DNA from: Vicugna vicugna
Taxonomy: Eukaryota
NCBI GenBank assembly: GCA_013265495.1
Contig: MU058844.1
Span: 2,831,520-2,895,519, forward strand
Reading direction: 5' to 3'
Length of the DNA: 64,000 nt
This document shows positions 1-12,665 of the stretch, piece by piece. The notes below the pieces were generated by a model, which saw nothing but the letters and a program-made list of their open reading frames with translations, had not been told where the DNA came from and did no database searches. Every line of letters begins with the position of its first letter. Positions within the stretch are counted from its first letter, which is position 1. A program made the position numbers and the translations under genes.

Positions 1-879
1 TAAGAGATTCAAATGAGATGGATGTCCTCTGAGTGATCTGTACAAAACTAAAAGGGAATATAAAAAGTTGTGACAGAGATTAAAAGCCACCAGAAGCAGA
101 AAGAAATGTTCATTCCCAAATTCATTAGGAGGTAATGGAGCACGCTTTTTTGGAGGATGACAAATTGCCTTTAATTTTGTTATTTTATACAACAATTTAA
201 GGCAATAGTTTTTGAAGTTCAGACAAATTGTGATTTACAGAGGTTAATATAATTCCAAAAAAAAAAAAAAGATCAAAGCAGACAGAGAAGATATGAGAAG
301 GAAATTGAGAGACATGGGATGATATCTAGGGAAGAGCATCATCATGTAACACTTCTCCTTGTTCATTAAAAAAAAATTATATGCTTAAATATCCTGTAAT
401 AAAAGCACAAAACTGAAAAAAAAGCTGTGCAGAGCCTATTTTTATTTCTAGAAATTTAAGTTTAAAATGTGCACACGATGGTGTCACATTTATCTGGAGT
501 TTAACAAATTCCTATTTTCTAGAAATTAGGACATATGCAAGTAGAAACTCATAAATTTATATCCACTTAATCCTCTTCTGAATTGAAGAAGAGGTAAGTT
601 TTTAAGGTAACAATGTGATCTCTGATTATTTAATCTGTCCTGTCAGAGACAAGTGTTGTAGGGCTTAAAACCCACCATTAGATGACTGATTGGAAAGAAA
701 ACTGTCAGAAGAAAAGTCAACAGTAAAGCCAGCAACAGATTAATAAATAATGTGATTAACTTCCTAGATTTCTCATGAAGACTGTTAGAATTAAGAAATT
801 AAAGAGTCTCATACTGCTTCTTTGATCTGGCCCCCACCCCTACATCATTGCCTGCTCCTTTTCCCAGCAGGAGTTGATG

Positions 880-1282
880 CCAGCCAGAGTAGCTTCTCTG
901 TTCTTTCCAAATATACCTAGCAGGCTCCTGCCTCAGGGCCTTTGCCTCTGCTGTTAAGATGCCTGGCGTACTCCCTAAATCCAGAGCTCTATGTAAATGT
1001 CACTTCTACACATAGTACTTACTTGATAATTCTGTATGAAATACTCACTCCACTTCTATGCCCATCCCATCTTTCTTTATTGCTTCACCTGCTTTATTTT
1101 TCTTCCTATCGATATTCAATACCCAAGCCATAGCATGGGTTTGTTTATTCATCTGTCTTTCTCTTCACTCTAAAATGAAAGATCTAAGAGAGTAGGAACT
1201 TACTCTGTTTAGTTTATTGTTGTGTCCCTAGAACCTAAAACCATGCTTGACCCTGAAAAATCTCTCGGTAAATATCTGTTGA
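880..1282 (+). mobile_element. L2 LINE 3' fragment
   Basis: Contains CCTGCCTCAGGGCCTTTGC and ends in GTGTCCCTAGAACCTAAAACCATGCTTGAC...TAAATATCTGTTGA, resembling the L2 3' end. Confidence 0.75.
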
Positions 1283-1389
1283 TCTCATCATTATTTTGGT
1301 CTGTTGCAGTCTGTATTTCCCCAGGACTAAATTTAGTATCTTGATGATCATAGCATGAATAGCCCACACTTATTAATGTCTTGCTGTGG

Positions 1390-1575
1390 ATGAAGCACTG
1401 AGTGAAGCACTTCACAAATATCTCAGTCCCTACAGGCCCATGAAGCAAGTATTAGCATCCCCATTGTATAGGTAAGGAAACAAAGCCAGAGAGATGGATA
1501 CACTTGGCCAAGTTCACTCTAGCTTGCACAGAACTAAGCCAGGATCTCAGCCCAGTTCTGGCTTATTCTCACCAC
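1390..1575 (-). mobile_element. MIR SINE
   Basis: CCCCATTGTATAGGTAAGGAAACAAAGCCAGAGAG...CTTGGCCAAGTTCAC resembles the reverse complement of the MIR core. Confidence 0.7.
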
Positions 1576-1974
1576 TTCTTTGGGTACTCTTACAGCTGAA
1601 ATGAATTCTATAAAATAATTACCTATTCACTGATTTCCGTGTTTCTTTGAGGCTGTATCCTTTCCCACAGGTCTAACTGATATGCTCTCTTTGTACCTTT
1701 CTTTCCCTCGGGGCTTTTGCTAGTCCATATGGTACCTTTGTGTGATTTGAAAGGAGCACCCTTTAAGTGCACTAATTAGAGAGAGATGTTTCCAGTGGCA
1801 GTCCAGTCATAAGAGCAGAAAATGCCTTTGTGCAAAGAAAAAATTCCCCGTTTCTCCTGGGTGTCCCAGCCCCTTTCCAAGAAATATGGTTTGTTTAGTG
1901 GCACGTGAGTTGGATTTCAGCAGCCATTTGACTCTAGGACTGGTGCCCGTTTCCCCAGCACAGCTGCACAACTT

Positions 1975-2240
1975 CCATCATCTTCTTGTACATTTCCCCC
2001 TTGCTTACTCTGCTGTGTCTACATTTACATTTCTGTTTTTCCCTTGAACACTCCAAGCATGCTCCCACCTTAGGGCCTGTGCATTTGCTGCTTCTTTTGT
2101 TCAGGAAATCTCTTTCCCAGATATTCTCATAACTCATTTGGGCTCTGCGCAAATATCACTTCTCAAAGAAGCCTCTGACAATCTGATCTAAAGATAACAC
2201 GGCATTATCAATTTTTGTCTTACGCTGCTACATTTTTCTT
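1975..2240 (+). mobile_element. L2 fragment
   Basis: CTTGAACACTCCAAGCATGCTCCCACCTTAGGGCCTGTGCATTTGCTG...AATATCACTTCTCAAAGAAGCCT is an L2-like block. Confidence 0.7.
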
Positions 2241-2760
2241 TGTGTCAATCATCAGTATTGGCTTGATACTAGGTATTAGAAATGCATTTGATTTTTTTTT
2301 GTGGGAGGCATTTTATATTGTTTTGTGTATGAGGACTCAGTTCTGCTAGCACATTTTTCTTTCTGAATTGAAGTTAAGTTGTCTGCGTCTGTGAAGTAAT
2401 TTAATCTTCAGTTACTGCAAATACGCCATCTATGTTGTAAGTTGACTGCGATTCTTTACTCATTAACCTAGGACAATTGAAATAAAGCAAATAATGTCTT
2501 TGTCATAAATGCAATGAATTTGACTATAAGATAGATATGTGTATGTTATAGAATGTGCTTATATTAATTTTAATATATAAACACAAAATTTTTAAATACT
2601 TATCAATGAATTTTGGACACTCCCCATATAATCTCTCCATACTTTGAAAAATATTGTATTTCTTATTTTTTTTAATTTTTATAGAGAATAAGTGAGAAAA
2701 CAAATGACTGAAAAATAGTAAGTGAACAGTAAACGTGAATCCTGACTTTGTTCCCCAGGA

Positions 2761-2804
2761 TACACATACACACAAGGACACACACACACGCACGCACGCA
2801 CGCA
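2761..2804. repeat. (CA)n/(CACG)n microsatellite
   Basis: Directly visible. Confidence 0.85.
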
Positions 2805-4169
2805 GGTCATAGTATACTCTTACATATCCTTTATCACAGATTCTGGAAAGGCAGAACCAGACTCAAGAAAGGCTGTCTATTTAGTCCTCAGTGATTAAAT
2901 TTATGATTAAAATAAATGAATAAAAACAGAAATGTTACCAGTAAGCTTACATTTTTATTATATTTTTATTTCTTAGTATTTACTCTAAAGTTACCAATTC
3001 TGTGATTCTTAGTTACTCAATTGCTGACGTCTTTAATTCATTGCTTCTAGGTTTGTCCAGTGAGTACACAAACATAGGTCTTTGGAATCTCATAAAATCC
3101 ATTCTTTTATTTCTTACATAATAGTGGAGGGAATTTAAATTTAGTTTAAAATAATTTAAACAAAAGCTAGAAAAATGTCTGAAAAATAATATTCTGCATA
3201 GCATATATTTGTATCCAGTGTACTTAAAAAGATAAAAACTCACATTTTCACAATTTTGTAATGGTAACAAATGTGACTAAAATCATTTTGTTTCTTTTTA
3301 GATATAATGTAGCCCTTTTATGATTTAAAATTATGGGGAAAATATGCAAAATGAAGAACATTTGAGATTTCTAGAGAAATAGCACATATTCTTCAAAAGC
3401 TCAAAAATATTTTGCAGCTGGTGATGGACATTTAAATAATATTATTTCTCATATGTTTTCTGCAATCAAAATCTCTTTGCTTAGCTGATTCTGAAATAAA
3501 TGCCAGTTAGTCAATACTTTCATGGTCTTTTAATTATTTAGAACTAAAATGAGTTTATGACCTTTGGTGCATCCAATACAGACTTTGTAATTTTCTTTAG
3601 TTTTTACTGTAATTCTAATGTATTATAAACTACAAACATGAATTATAAAGAGGTAACTTGGGGGAAAAGAAAAAGATGAATGAAAAGAAGCATGATTCAC
3701 AGGAGAATATAATTACCAAATTTTCATTTGTTCCTTAAATTAAAATTTATTCTCCTAACCTGAGTTATTACAACAAATCTCCATGAGACTCTTCCCTTTG
3801 CACATAAAGATAGCCATGTTACAATATACTTTATTATCATGAATAGTAAAACCAAACTCATGAATTCTGTCTTGGTATACCAGAGATGAAAGCTATTGTT
3901 ACAAATACTGTACTGGAGCTGAGACAAATAACTATTGATGAAAACAGAGGATCTTGGTCTCTACTACAGATACAAATCAAACGAGATATTTCTCTATCTC
4001 TTCCTTAGTAAGAATAATACAACCCTTTTGATTCTGGATGAAAAGGTAAAGAAAAACTGCATTTCATTCCAGATAGCCAATAAATAAAACTCTTAATTTT
4101 ATTGATTGAGAGCTATATTTGTATTATATAATAAATAAATTATACATTTATTATATATTAAACACACAA

Positions 4170-4830
4170 CAGTAACCCACCTTATTGTTGGAGGATTTGT
4201 TCCAAGTCACCAAGTGGGTGCCTGAAACTGCAGACAGTACTGAACCCTAATTTCCACTCACAAATTTAATGCTTTTTTTTCCATCCTAACTCAGCACTTG
4301 TCATGCACTGTGGCTGTAGCTTTTGCAGTTTGAGATGTGACCATAAAACTGGCACAAATTTCTTTTTCTTTTTCACAGTTTCACAGAGAGATTTGTTCTT
4401 AACATAGATCTTTGAAATTCAGCATAGGATATTTTTCTTTCCTTATTACTAGAGAACTTTCACCTCTTCACTTAAAGGAAGCACTTTGCAGCTTCTCTTT
4501 GACTTATCCAAATTGCCAGCATCATTACTCTTGCACTTTGGAGCCACTATTAAGTAAACTTGAAAACTAGCACTGAGATACCATGACAGTTAATCTGATA
4601 ACCCAGTTGGCTACTAAGTGACTAACAAGTGGAATAAGCTGGACAAAGGGATGATTCACATACCAAGAGGGATGGAGCATGACAGTGTGAGATTTCATCC
4701 TGGTACTCAGAATGGCTTGACTTTTAAAGCTTATGAATTCTTTATTTCTAGAATTTTCCATTTAATAATATTGGACCCTGGTTGATCTAGAGCAACTGAA
4801 AACACAACTGCAGATAAGAGAGGACTATTG
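4170..4830 (+). mobile_element. TcMar-Tigger non-autonomous DNA transposon (MER82-like)
   Basis: About 660 bp with degenerate TIRs (CAGTAACCCACCTTAT ... ATAAGAGAGGACTATTG) followed by TA; internal GCCTGAAACTGCAGACAGTACTGAACCCTA and GTGAGATTTCATCCTGGTACTCAGAATGG recall MER82. Confidence 0.8.
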
Positions 4831-4939
4831 TATATACTACATATACTTTATACATAAATTTCCATCACATATATTACATATTTAAATATATGTATTATAT
4901 AGTTGTATATATATATAGTAAACTTCTGTAATATGAGAT

Positions 4940-5340
4940 AGCCAAAAACGCAATAACTTAAATATGATAGGCATTTATTTTTATCTCACATGGCAGTCCA
5001 GAGATGTGCGGAGCTGTCAGGGAAGTTCAGTTCCACAGGTTTTTTAGGGGCACAGTCCTTCTATGTTATGGCTCCATCATCATCATGGACATTGTCTTTA
5101 CTTCCAAAGTAGAAACTGACAGCTTCCACATTCCTGTTCTACTCTATAGAAAGAGAAAAGAGAAGGTCCAGGAGAAAAGGACCATCTCCTTGAAGCAGAT
5201 TCATTGGAAGTTATAAGTATCAGTTATACATGCACATACTAAATGCAGTCACAAGCCTCACCTAGCTGCAGAGCAGACTAAAAATCAACTTTAGCTGGGT
5301 GACATGTGTCTGTAATAACTCAAAAGAGTCTATTACCCAG
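4940..5340 (-). mobile_element. Ancient MaLR LTR (MLT1-type) fragment
   Basis: TTTATTTTTATCTCACAT...AGTCACAAGCCTCACCTAGCTGCAGAG...TTTAGCTGGGTGACATGTG resembles reverse-strand old MLT1. Confidence 0.55.
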
Positions 5341-6875
5341 AGGACAGGGGAAATGGAGACTGCTGATCTACGTTCCTCCCAACCCTCTCTCTTTCTCTCA
5401 TCATAAGTCAAATCAAACTCAAGAATTAGCCAGTGAGATGAAACAAGTGCTTTAACTGCCTAGAAAAACAAAATCAGCTTCAAATGAGGAGTCATACATT
5501 TTATACTAAATATGAAAAGTGCAGATTCCATTCCAAAAAGCATATCCTAAATTCTTAAATTATGAGTAGGAAGAGAAATGTTAAGAGCTAGGACCTAAAA
5601 TCCCTGAGGGGCCAGGCACGTTCTACACCATTCATTCAAGCTGTCTTTCATAGAGCAGCATGGCAGAGTAGAGAGAACTTTGATTTTCTTATCTGAAACA
5701 TACAATGCCAATATCGTGGGATTTTGTGAGAGTTAGCTAGAACTGATTTACAAAAACACATGATATATGTATAGTATGCATTTATCCAACACAATGCCTG
5801 GCACATACTAGGCATCTTATAAATGATAAAAGTTCCCATTAGTGTTACTTTAAACAAACATTTACTTAAGAATTGCATTACTAGTCATTGGTATTTAGTG
5901 ATGATGCACAGACAAAATAAACATCCCAGTACTCAAGGAGCACTCAGAGTCTAGGCGTAATGCTAATCAGAAAAGTAAACAATTTTAATAACATGTAATA
6001 AAAATTACAATAAATTTAAGCTCATTATACTATGTGGTCTCAAAGGAAAGTCACCTACTCAGTGAAATAGGGTGTGTGTGTGTGTGTGTAAATTCCACCA
6101 GCTCTATAAATATCATATTTTTTAAATCTATCTTTGAATATTTTTTCTTTTTATATTCATAGTGAAAAAGAAAAAGTACTGAAATCAATGATAACACAAT
6201 TGAGTCAAAGATTAAAATGGTCAAGGCATGTCAACTCACTAACCTTTAGCATCAATCAGACACTCATTGTACTACATTAGTTTACTCTGTGCTGACTTTA
6301 CAAGAAAATAACAAGTTTAAAAGCCTATTTGAAATGCTGGATATATAACATCAAAAATAGTGGCTAAAACTTGAACTAACTCTCGTGGAGGAGGGTAAGC
6401 AGATAAATTCCAGAAATTGAAGGGTCACAATAAAGAAGATACAGAGATAGCTAAAAGTATAGAGATCAACGTTAAACTATTCCTATTATATAAAGCATGA
6501 AGAAAGGAGTTCCCAGGTTTATAGAAATGCCACAGAAATACAGCATACCACTGATTCTCTATACCAAGAAATAAAGACTTAGATATTCAACATTCCCTGC
6601 CTGGATTTCCAGAAGAGTTAATAAGCTACTTGAATCAGAATCAAAATCACCTGCTTTATCTCTTGCAAAAGTTTCTTCTAAATTCCTTGTAAAATCACCA
6701 TCTGTAAATCTTTCTGCTCGACATTAAAATCAGTTTCTTCTGTCTACTGAAAAAGCTAAGAGAACTAAACTACAAGGTAAAAAGTTATTTTTGACAATAA
6801 TTTTCATTGTGAATATTCAAAACTTAGCCTAATTTACTGCATTAAAATAATACATAAAGTATATACTATTCACTA

Positions 6876-7338
6876 CAGACATGACTCAGCTGTATTTTGT
6901 ATTCAATTTCAGGCTGCCACAATAAAGCAAATATTACACAAAATTTTTGGTTTCCCATTGCATGTAAAAGTTACATTTACACTATACAGTAGCCTCTTCA
7001 GTATGCAGTGACATTATGTCAAAAAAACAATGTACATACCTTAATTTAAAACTACTTTATTGCCCCCAAAATGCTAACCACCATCTGAGCCCTTAGTGAG
7101 TCATAGTAGTAATATCAAAGATCACTGATGACAGATCACCATAGCAAATATAATAATAAAGTTTGAAATATTGGGACAAGTACCAAAATGTGACACACAG
7201 ACATTGAAGTGAGCAAATTTTGTAAAAATGGTGCTGATAGACTTGCTCGACGCAAGGTCGCCATAAACCTTGAATCTCTAAAGAACACAGTATCTACAAA
7301 GAGCAGTAAAATGAAGCATAATGAAATAGATAAACCTG
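6876..7338 (-). mobile_element. Tigger1 internal-deletion derivative (MITE; Tigger1a_Art-like)
   Basis: Both Tigger1 termini (TA|CAGACAT... and ...ATAGACTTGCTCGACGCAAGGTCGCCATAAACCTT...CCTG) joined in about 460 bp, with no transposase. Confidence 0.8.
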
Positions 7339-7519
7339 TTAATAACCAACCATGATCGCAATAAATAGGTATTTTATCATGTATTTCAGCTGTTTGAGAA
7401 TGAAAGGGTTGTTACTGCCCAACTCTTGTAGATTTTACTTTCACAGATTTTTTTTTACATTAAAACAGTCAATACTTCGTATGAATGTACATAAGTGTAT
7501 CTGTGTTTTCAGTGAATAG

Positions 7520-8280
7520 TTACTGAGCTCTAGGGGGACCACCACGAGACACTAGGTAGCATCAGACACTAAAATAGACCCCAGGGACAGAGGAGTGAAT
7601 GTTATAGACATATGGAATAATTTCATGGAATTAATACCAAAAAGTGACATGAAAAAATCAAGATACAAAAAACCTAGGATAATTAGAACCAACACCTCTA
7701 TGGTTGAGGAGTCTCCTGTAGGCCAGAATCCTAAGTATGATCTTTCAAGCCCAACCACAGGCAGTTCCAAAGACTTCGCCCAACAGGCTTCGTGGGAGGA
7801 AGCTGCCGTCCCCATATCAGACTTGGTGCAAAGACACTGCACTGCAGTCTGTAAAGGCAGCTGCAGTCAAGGACACGGAGTCCCCTGGTGGGGCCCGTGC
7901 TGTTACCTATGTCTGCATTCCTGGCCCAGAAGCCTCCATTCCAAGGCCTGCTTATTGAGGGACTGGCAGCCATGGCCTTTGCTGAGATCACCTTATCTGA
8001 GAGGACCTGAAGACACTTTTCTCTACTCTGACTCAGTATTCAGTGCTTTCCCACTCCTAGCCTTTCCCTCTCTCTCTACTCCAACCCCAGCCAGCTCCCT
8101 AATAACATAAGGTGGCAGAAACCTTTTATTCAGGGCTCCCTCTGCAGTGAATTGATCCTTCCGCACCCTCCGACATTTGTCTGTTCTGACACATCTGACC
8201 CTTGCTAGACACGGCTCCATGTGGAAAAATAGTACCTATGGGGAGCCAGCATGTTTAGTGTCTTGCTTATACTATCACAA
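7520..8280. mobile_element. Possible old ERV/LTR-derived segment, family unassigned
   Basis: GC-richer block with an LTR-like ending (...TATCACA) and TTATTCAGGGCTC; pattern impression only. Confidence 0.35.
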
Positions 8281-8419
8281 TTAAGTGATTAGAGTTTTGA
8301 TTGTGGCTTTCCTCTTGGCTTGTCTTAATCAACCACCTGGATACATGGAAGCTCAGTTCTCTCCTGCTGAGCTCTTGACAATGTAATGCTTTGTGGCTAC
8401 AGTAAATGAGTCGCATCTT

Positions 8420-8540
8420 TACAACCACCACAGGAAAATAAACTAGGCGCAGAGAGGTTAAGTGGCTTCCCCAAGATCATCCAGCTAGTAAGAGGACAAG
8501 CCAAGGCACAAGGCCAGGCAGTCGGACTCCAGGGCCCACA
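8420..8540 (-). mobile_element. MIR SINE fragment
   Basis: AACTAGGCGCAGAGAGGTTAAGTGGCTTCCCCAAGATCATCCAGCTAGTAAG matches the MIR core reverse complement. Confidence 0.8.
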
Positions 8541-8629
8541 TTAGGACTGACTAAGTCCCTCAGTTGTATGGCCATTCCGGAAAGTGGTGGAAGCCACAAA
8601 GAGAACAGAACAAGAAGAAGTGAGCAATA

Positions 8630-9270
8630 CTGCAGACAGTGGCTGAAAAATGGCTCTCTGAGGGTGTGACTTTCAGCCAAGATATGAGTAACATGAAGGA
8701 ACTGAGGCTGAGAAGATATGGGAGAGGAAAGTTCCAGGCTGAGGGAAATACCAGAGGATAAATCTGGTGTGCTCTCAGCACGGAAGGCAGACAGTATGGC
8801 TGGAGCATGGGAGCATAGGTGGGAGACAAGTTGGAGAGATGGGAGGTCACCGATTACAAACGGCTTTAAAAGTCATTGATGAAGAGCTTAATTTTACTGT
8901 AAGTGCAATGGGAAATCGTCAGTGAGTTGCACAGGGGGTGCCATGATATGATATATATTTTTAAAAAGATTGCACTGACTGCTGTTAGGAAATGGACTGA
9001 ATAGAGAAAAATTGGAAGTGGGGACATCAATGAAATTAGTTAGGGAGAAGAAAAAAGAAGATGCACATTGCAGGCATAAGAAATGCCATGCACAAAGTCA
9101 GAAAGATGGTAGAAAGTATGGGGACCTGAAGGAAGTACAAGTCCTAAAGAATGGCTCAATTATTGGGTGCAAGTGGGTGAGTGACTAGTGAGGAGGCTGA
9201 GAAATTCATCAGCATGCATCCAAACCTTATGCATGCCTTGGTAAGGAGTCTGGACTAAGAACATTGGTGG
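8630..9270 (-). mobile_element. L2 fragment(s)
   Basis: Purine-rich, with CTCTGAGGGTGTGACTTT, GTTCCAGGCTGAGGGAA, GTATGGCTGGAGCA, AAGTGCAATGGGAA and TTTTAAAAAGATTGCACTGACTGCTG. Confidence 0.7.
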
Positions 9271-9276
9271 CCCAGT

Positions 9277-9368
9277 ATTCATGTATGACTGAAGCATTAT
9301 GCTGTACATCAAAAAATGACAAAACATTGTAAACAGACTATACTTCAATTAAAAATATATACAAAAAA
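9277..9368 (+). mobile_element. Very short 5'-truncated young L1 3' end
   Basis: GTATGACTGAAGCATTATGCTGTACATCAAAAAATGACAAAACATTGTAAACAGACTATACTTCAATT plus an A-rich tail; closely similar to about 17320-17390. Confidence 0.85.
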
Positions 9369-10324
9369 ATACAGAGAGAGAGACATAGAAGGGAAAAAAA
9401 AAAAGAAAGAACGAAAAAAGTTTCTCATTCACGAAGACAAACCTACCTCTTAGAATAGAAAGGGAACAGAGAAAATGAGAATGGACAGGCAAAGGGTAGA
9501 GCGCACCTCTAATCCTACAGCCTTCCTGCGGGCAATTTCTTACAAATAGGACATTACCCTCTCTCACCCAGAACATCTGAAGGTACCTAAGACCACAGAC
9601 TGGCAGGTCTGCTCCACCCAGGGAATTATGTAATCCTGACCTAGCCTGGCAGGATATTAAGGGTAGGTGGTGGATACCATGTATCTAGCTGCCTTTAAAC
9701 TGAGAGTCTGGCTTTCCTGAGGCAAATTTTGCATCTTTGTGCCTATGGAGTTTCAGATTCATTTCTAATCCATGCCATGTTTTCATAGGCCCTAAGGTAA
9801 GATCTCTGTCTTGACTTCCCAATTACATTTACTTCTCCTACCAGGATAGAAGTGTTGCTGCAAACTCCAGAAAGCAGGAAAAGACCCTGGCCCCTGACCT
9901 CCCTCTCAGAAGGCTAGATTCTGCAGATGAATATCCCCATTTTGTCTGAAGACCGTTTTTAAAAACCACTTTGAAATCACGATGCTATCCCTGACTGCAT
10001 GTGTCTACTCACCATCTGGATACTCTGGTTACTTTGTCCTCTTCACCCCCAAATCAGTCTCTTTGCAGCCCTACCTACCATCCCTGTCATTCCCTCTCTC
10101 CCCATGACCTACATGTGAGTCCAGCATTTTAAACAGCAATACTTCTCAATCCATTTTATTAACATGATAGCTCTGGGGAATAAAGTTCTAAAGATGGTCA
10201 AATCTCTTTCCCTTTTACCAAGAACCCATTCCATTTCCTGGACATTTTGTGACTTTTAGTTACTGCACGCTTTGTTATTGCTGACTAGTTTATGTATACA
10301 TTATCTAAAATTATCATCTCTATC

Positions 10325-10735
10325 TAACCATAAGAGGAAAACCTCTCCAAATCTCAATGGAGAGACATTTTTAAAAATACCTGACCAGTACTCCTCAAAA
10401 CTATCAAGATCATTAGAAATAATGGAAAAATCTCAGCAACCGGTCATAACTAAGAGGATCCTAAGGAGACATGGCAACTAGGCATACTGTTGTATTTTAG
10501 ATGGGATTTGGAAACAGAAAAAGGGCAGTTGGGAGAACCTGAAGAAATGTGGATGAAGGACGGACTTTAGCTAATAATAATTATCAGTATTTGGTCATTA
10601 ATTGTGACTAATGTACTATACCAATATAAAATGTTAATTAGCGGGAAACTGGATGTAGGTTATTTAGGGACTCTCTATCCAAGCTTTGCAATAATTCTGT
10701 AAATCCTATTTTGAAATTGGAAGTTATTTAAAGAT
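10325..10735 (+). mobile_element. Old L1 (L1MC/MD-type) 3' UTR
   Basis: TGACCAGTACTCCTCAAAACTATCAAG...TAAGGAGACATGGCAACTA...GGAAACAGAAAAAGG...TTAATTGTGACTAATGTAC...TTCTGTAAATCC. Confidence 0.8.
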
Positions 10736-11267
10736 AAGCAACATAATATGGCAATGGCTATACATTTTGCTTTATTCCAGAAATTATGCTCCTTGCCATA
10801 ATTTTTTAAACCTCCTTTATTATTTCTTTGTGAAATTCAACTCCCTTATTTCTTTTAAAGATATATAAAGATCTTCCCTTTTTTCTGAGCAGATTGTTGA
10901 GGTTATTTAAGGTCAGGTTGTCTATAAATAAGAGGACTGGCTTCATTTGGAGTTGAAAGGAGAAACTGCATTTGGAGTTGAAGGGAGAACACTTAAAATC
11001 ATTTTTAGTTAATTATTTATTCCTAAGTTTCTGATTCTTCCTTTCATATATTAGTATATTGATTTACATGAGCACAAGCGAACATCTTGAATGCTTTATA
11101 AAGGTTTTATTATCCTTCCTGTCTCTATCTTCAAAACGCATCTTCTCAATTGACCCATTTTCCCTCATCTAAGCACCTATAGGAAGAAGATAATGTTCTC
11201 ACCTTCGGCAGTGATGATAATGGAGCATATGGTAGACTTAGGAAAAACAGAAGCTCCACCAGTCGTG

Positions 11268-11445
11268 TTTTGACCTTGAACAAGCTCTGGAGCTTGGCTT
11301 CCTCCATCTCTAAAGCAGAAATAATACTAGTAATGAACTCATATATATGATAAGGATTCAATGAAATAGGAATGAAATAGTTTATTTAAAATGCTTAGCA
11401 TAGGACCTGCCACATAATCTGTCAATAAATACTAGCTATTGTTTT
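11268..11445 (+). mobile_element. MIR SINE
   Basis: TGACCTTGAACAAG...CTTCCTCCATCTCTAAAGCAGAAATAATA...AAATGCTTAGCATAGGACCTG...CAATAAATACTAGCTATT. Confidence 0.75.
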
Positions 11446-11999
11446 TAGGGCTGTGGTCTCCTATGAACCTACATGCAACAGAGACAGTAAACCACCTGTG
11501 GCGAAGCAGTAGAACATAAAGGTTCTGGTCCTCCTAAGATAAGGAGGAAAAACAAGAAAACAGAGAATAGTCTATCCATGGATAAGGGAATAATGGTGAT
11601 GTGCAAAGTTAAGGAAGCAGATGGAAGAATAGAGCAGTCCAGCTTTTCCTACAGCTTTATAATGTCTCTGTGATGCACGATGACTGTTGTCAGGTCATTA
11701 TCTCTTCATATGAGTGGTCACCAAAGTGGTGGTTTTGAATTTAAGAGAATTTCGTTATTGTTGAGACCTACTCTCACTTCTGGGGGAGACAAAAAGAAGG
11801 GAAAAAGAAAATGTCATTATCTTACCCACAGTTATCCCTGGAGACCACACACACAGAAATAAGTATTGTGTGGTATTATGCAGTAAATAAATATTTGTTG
11901 AGTAAATTTATCCTCATGAGACAACCAATAGCTGTCTTTTTATTGAACATTGTGTATAAGACATGCATTCTATGTATCTCATCTGGTTTACTATTTACT

Positions 12000-12665
12000 G
12001 CAAATAAGATAGATTTGTATTACTTTCATTTTAGAAAGATAAAGTAAAACAAGAGATTCTGTAGTATGCCCAAAGTCACTCAGCCAAGAAAAGTGATTTG
12101 ATGCAGGGTTTCTCTAACTCCAATCAATATTGGAATACTTATTCCTTGTACAGGTACTAGAGGCACAGTAATACACAAGATACAGCCCCTGACCTCAAGG
12201 AGCTGACAGTCTAGTGAGGAATACAGATGGGGTGAGTGAAATTCAGTTGCTGTAAGATCACACAGGCAGAGGTTTTAACGCAGAGACAAATATTTAGCAT
12301 TTATGGCTCACATCACTAAGCAAAGCACAGTTTCCCACTTTGGCTCAGATATGTGAGGTCCTTAATAGCAGGGATTGTATCTTATCCTTGAGTTTTGCTG
12401 CAGAAGAGGTAGTAGTTTAGCACACCTCCTTTAGAGAGAGAGTATGTGGGCTTTAGCTGAGTAGTTACTTACTGCCATGTTTTGGGTGCACTGTGGCTTG
12501 GTTTTCTCATCTATTAAAGGGGGATGCTAATAATCATACTACCCATAAAAAGATATCTTTTGGAAGCACTTAGAATAGTGCCTGTCACATAAATATGTTT
12601 GACTCCTTCCTCGTCGCAGCCAGCACCATGCCTGGCTACATATAATAGGCACTCAGTCAATGTTT
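12000..12665. mobile_element. Cluster of MIR and L2 fragments
   Basis: MIR-like GCCCAAAGTCACTCAGC; L2-like CCCTGACCTCAAGGAGCTGACAGTCTAGTG; MIR-like TTTCTCATCTATTAAAGGGG...AGCACTTAGAATAGTGCCTG. Confidence 0.65.

Noticed and set aside
7595..8110. 171-aa ORF as a protein-coding gene
   Set aside because: Non-ATG start, no recognisable domain, overlapping ORFs on both strands, probably repeat-derived.
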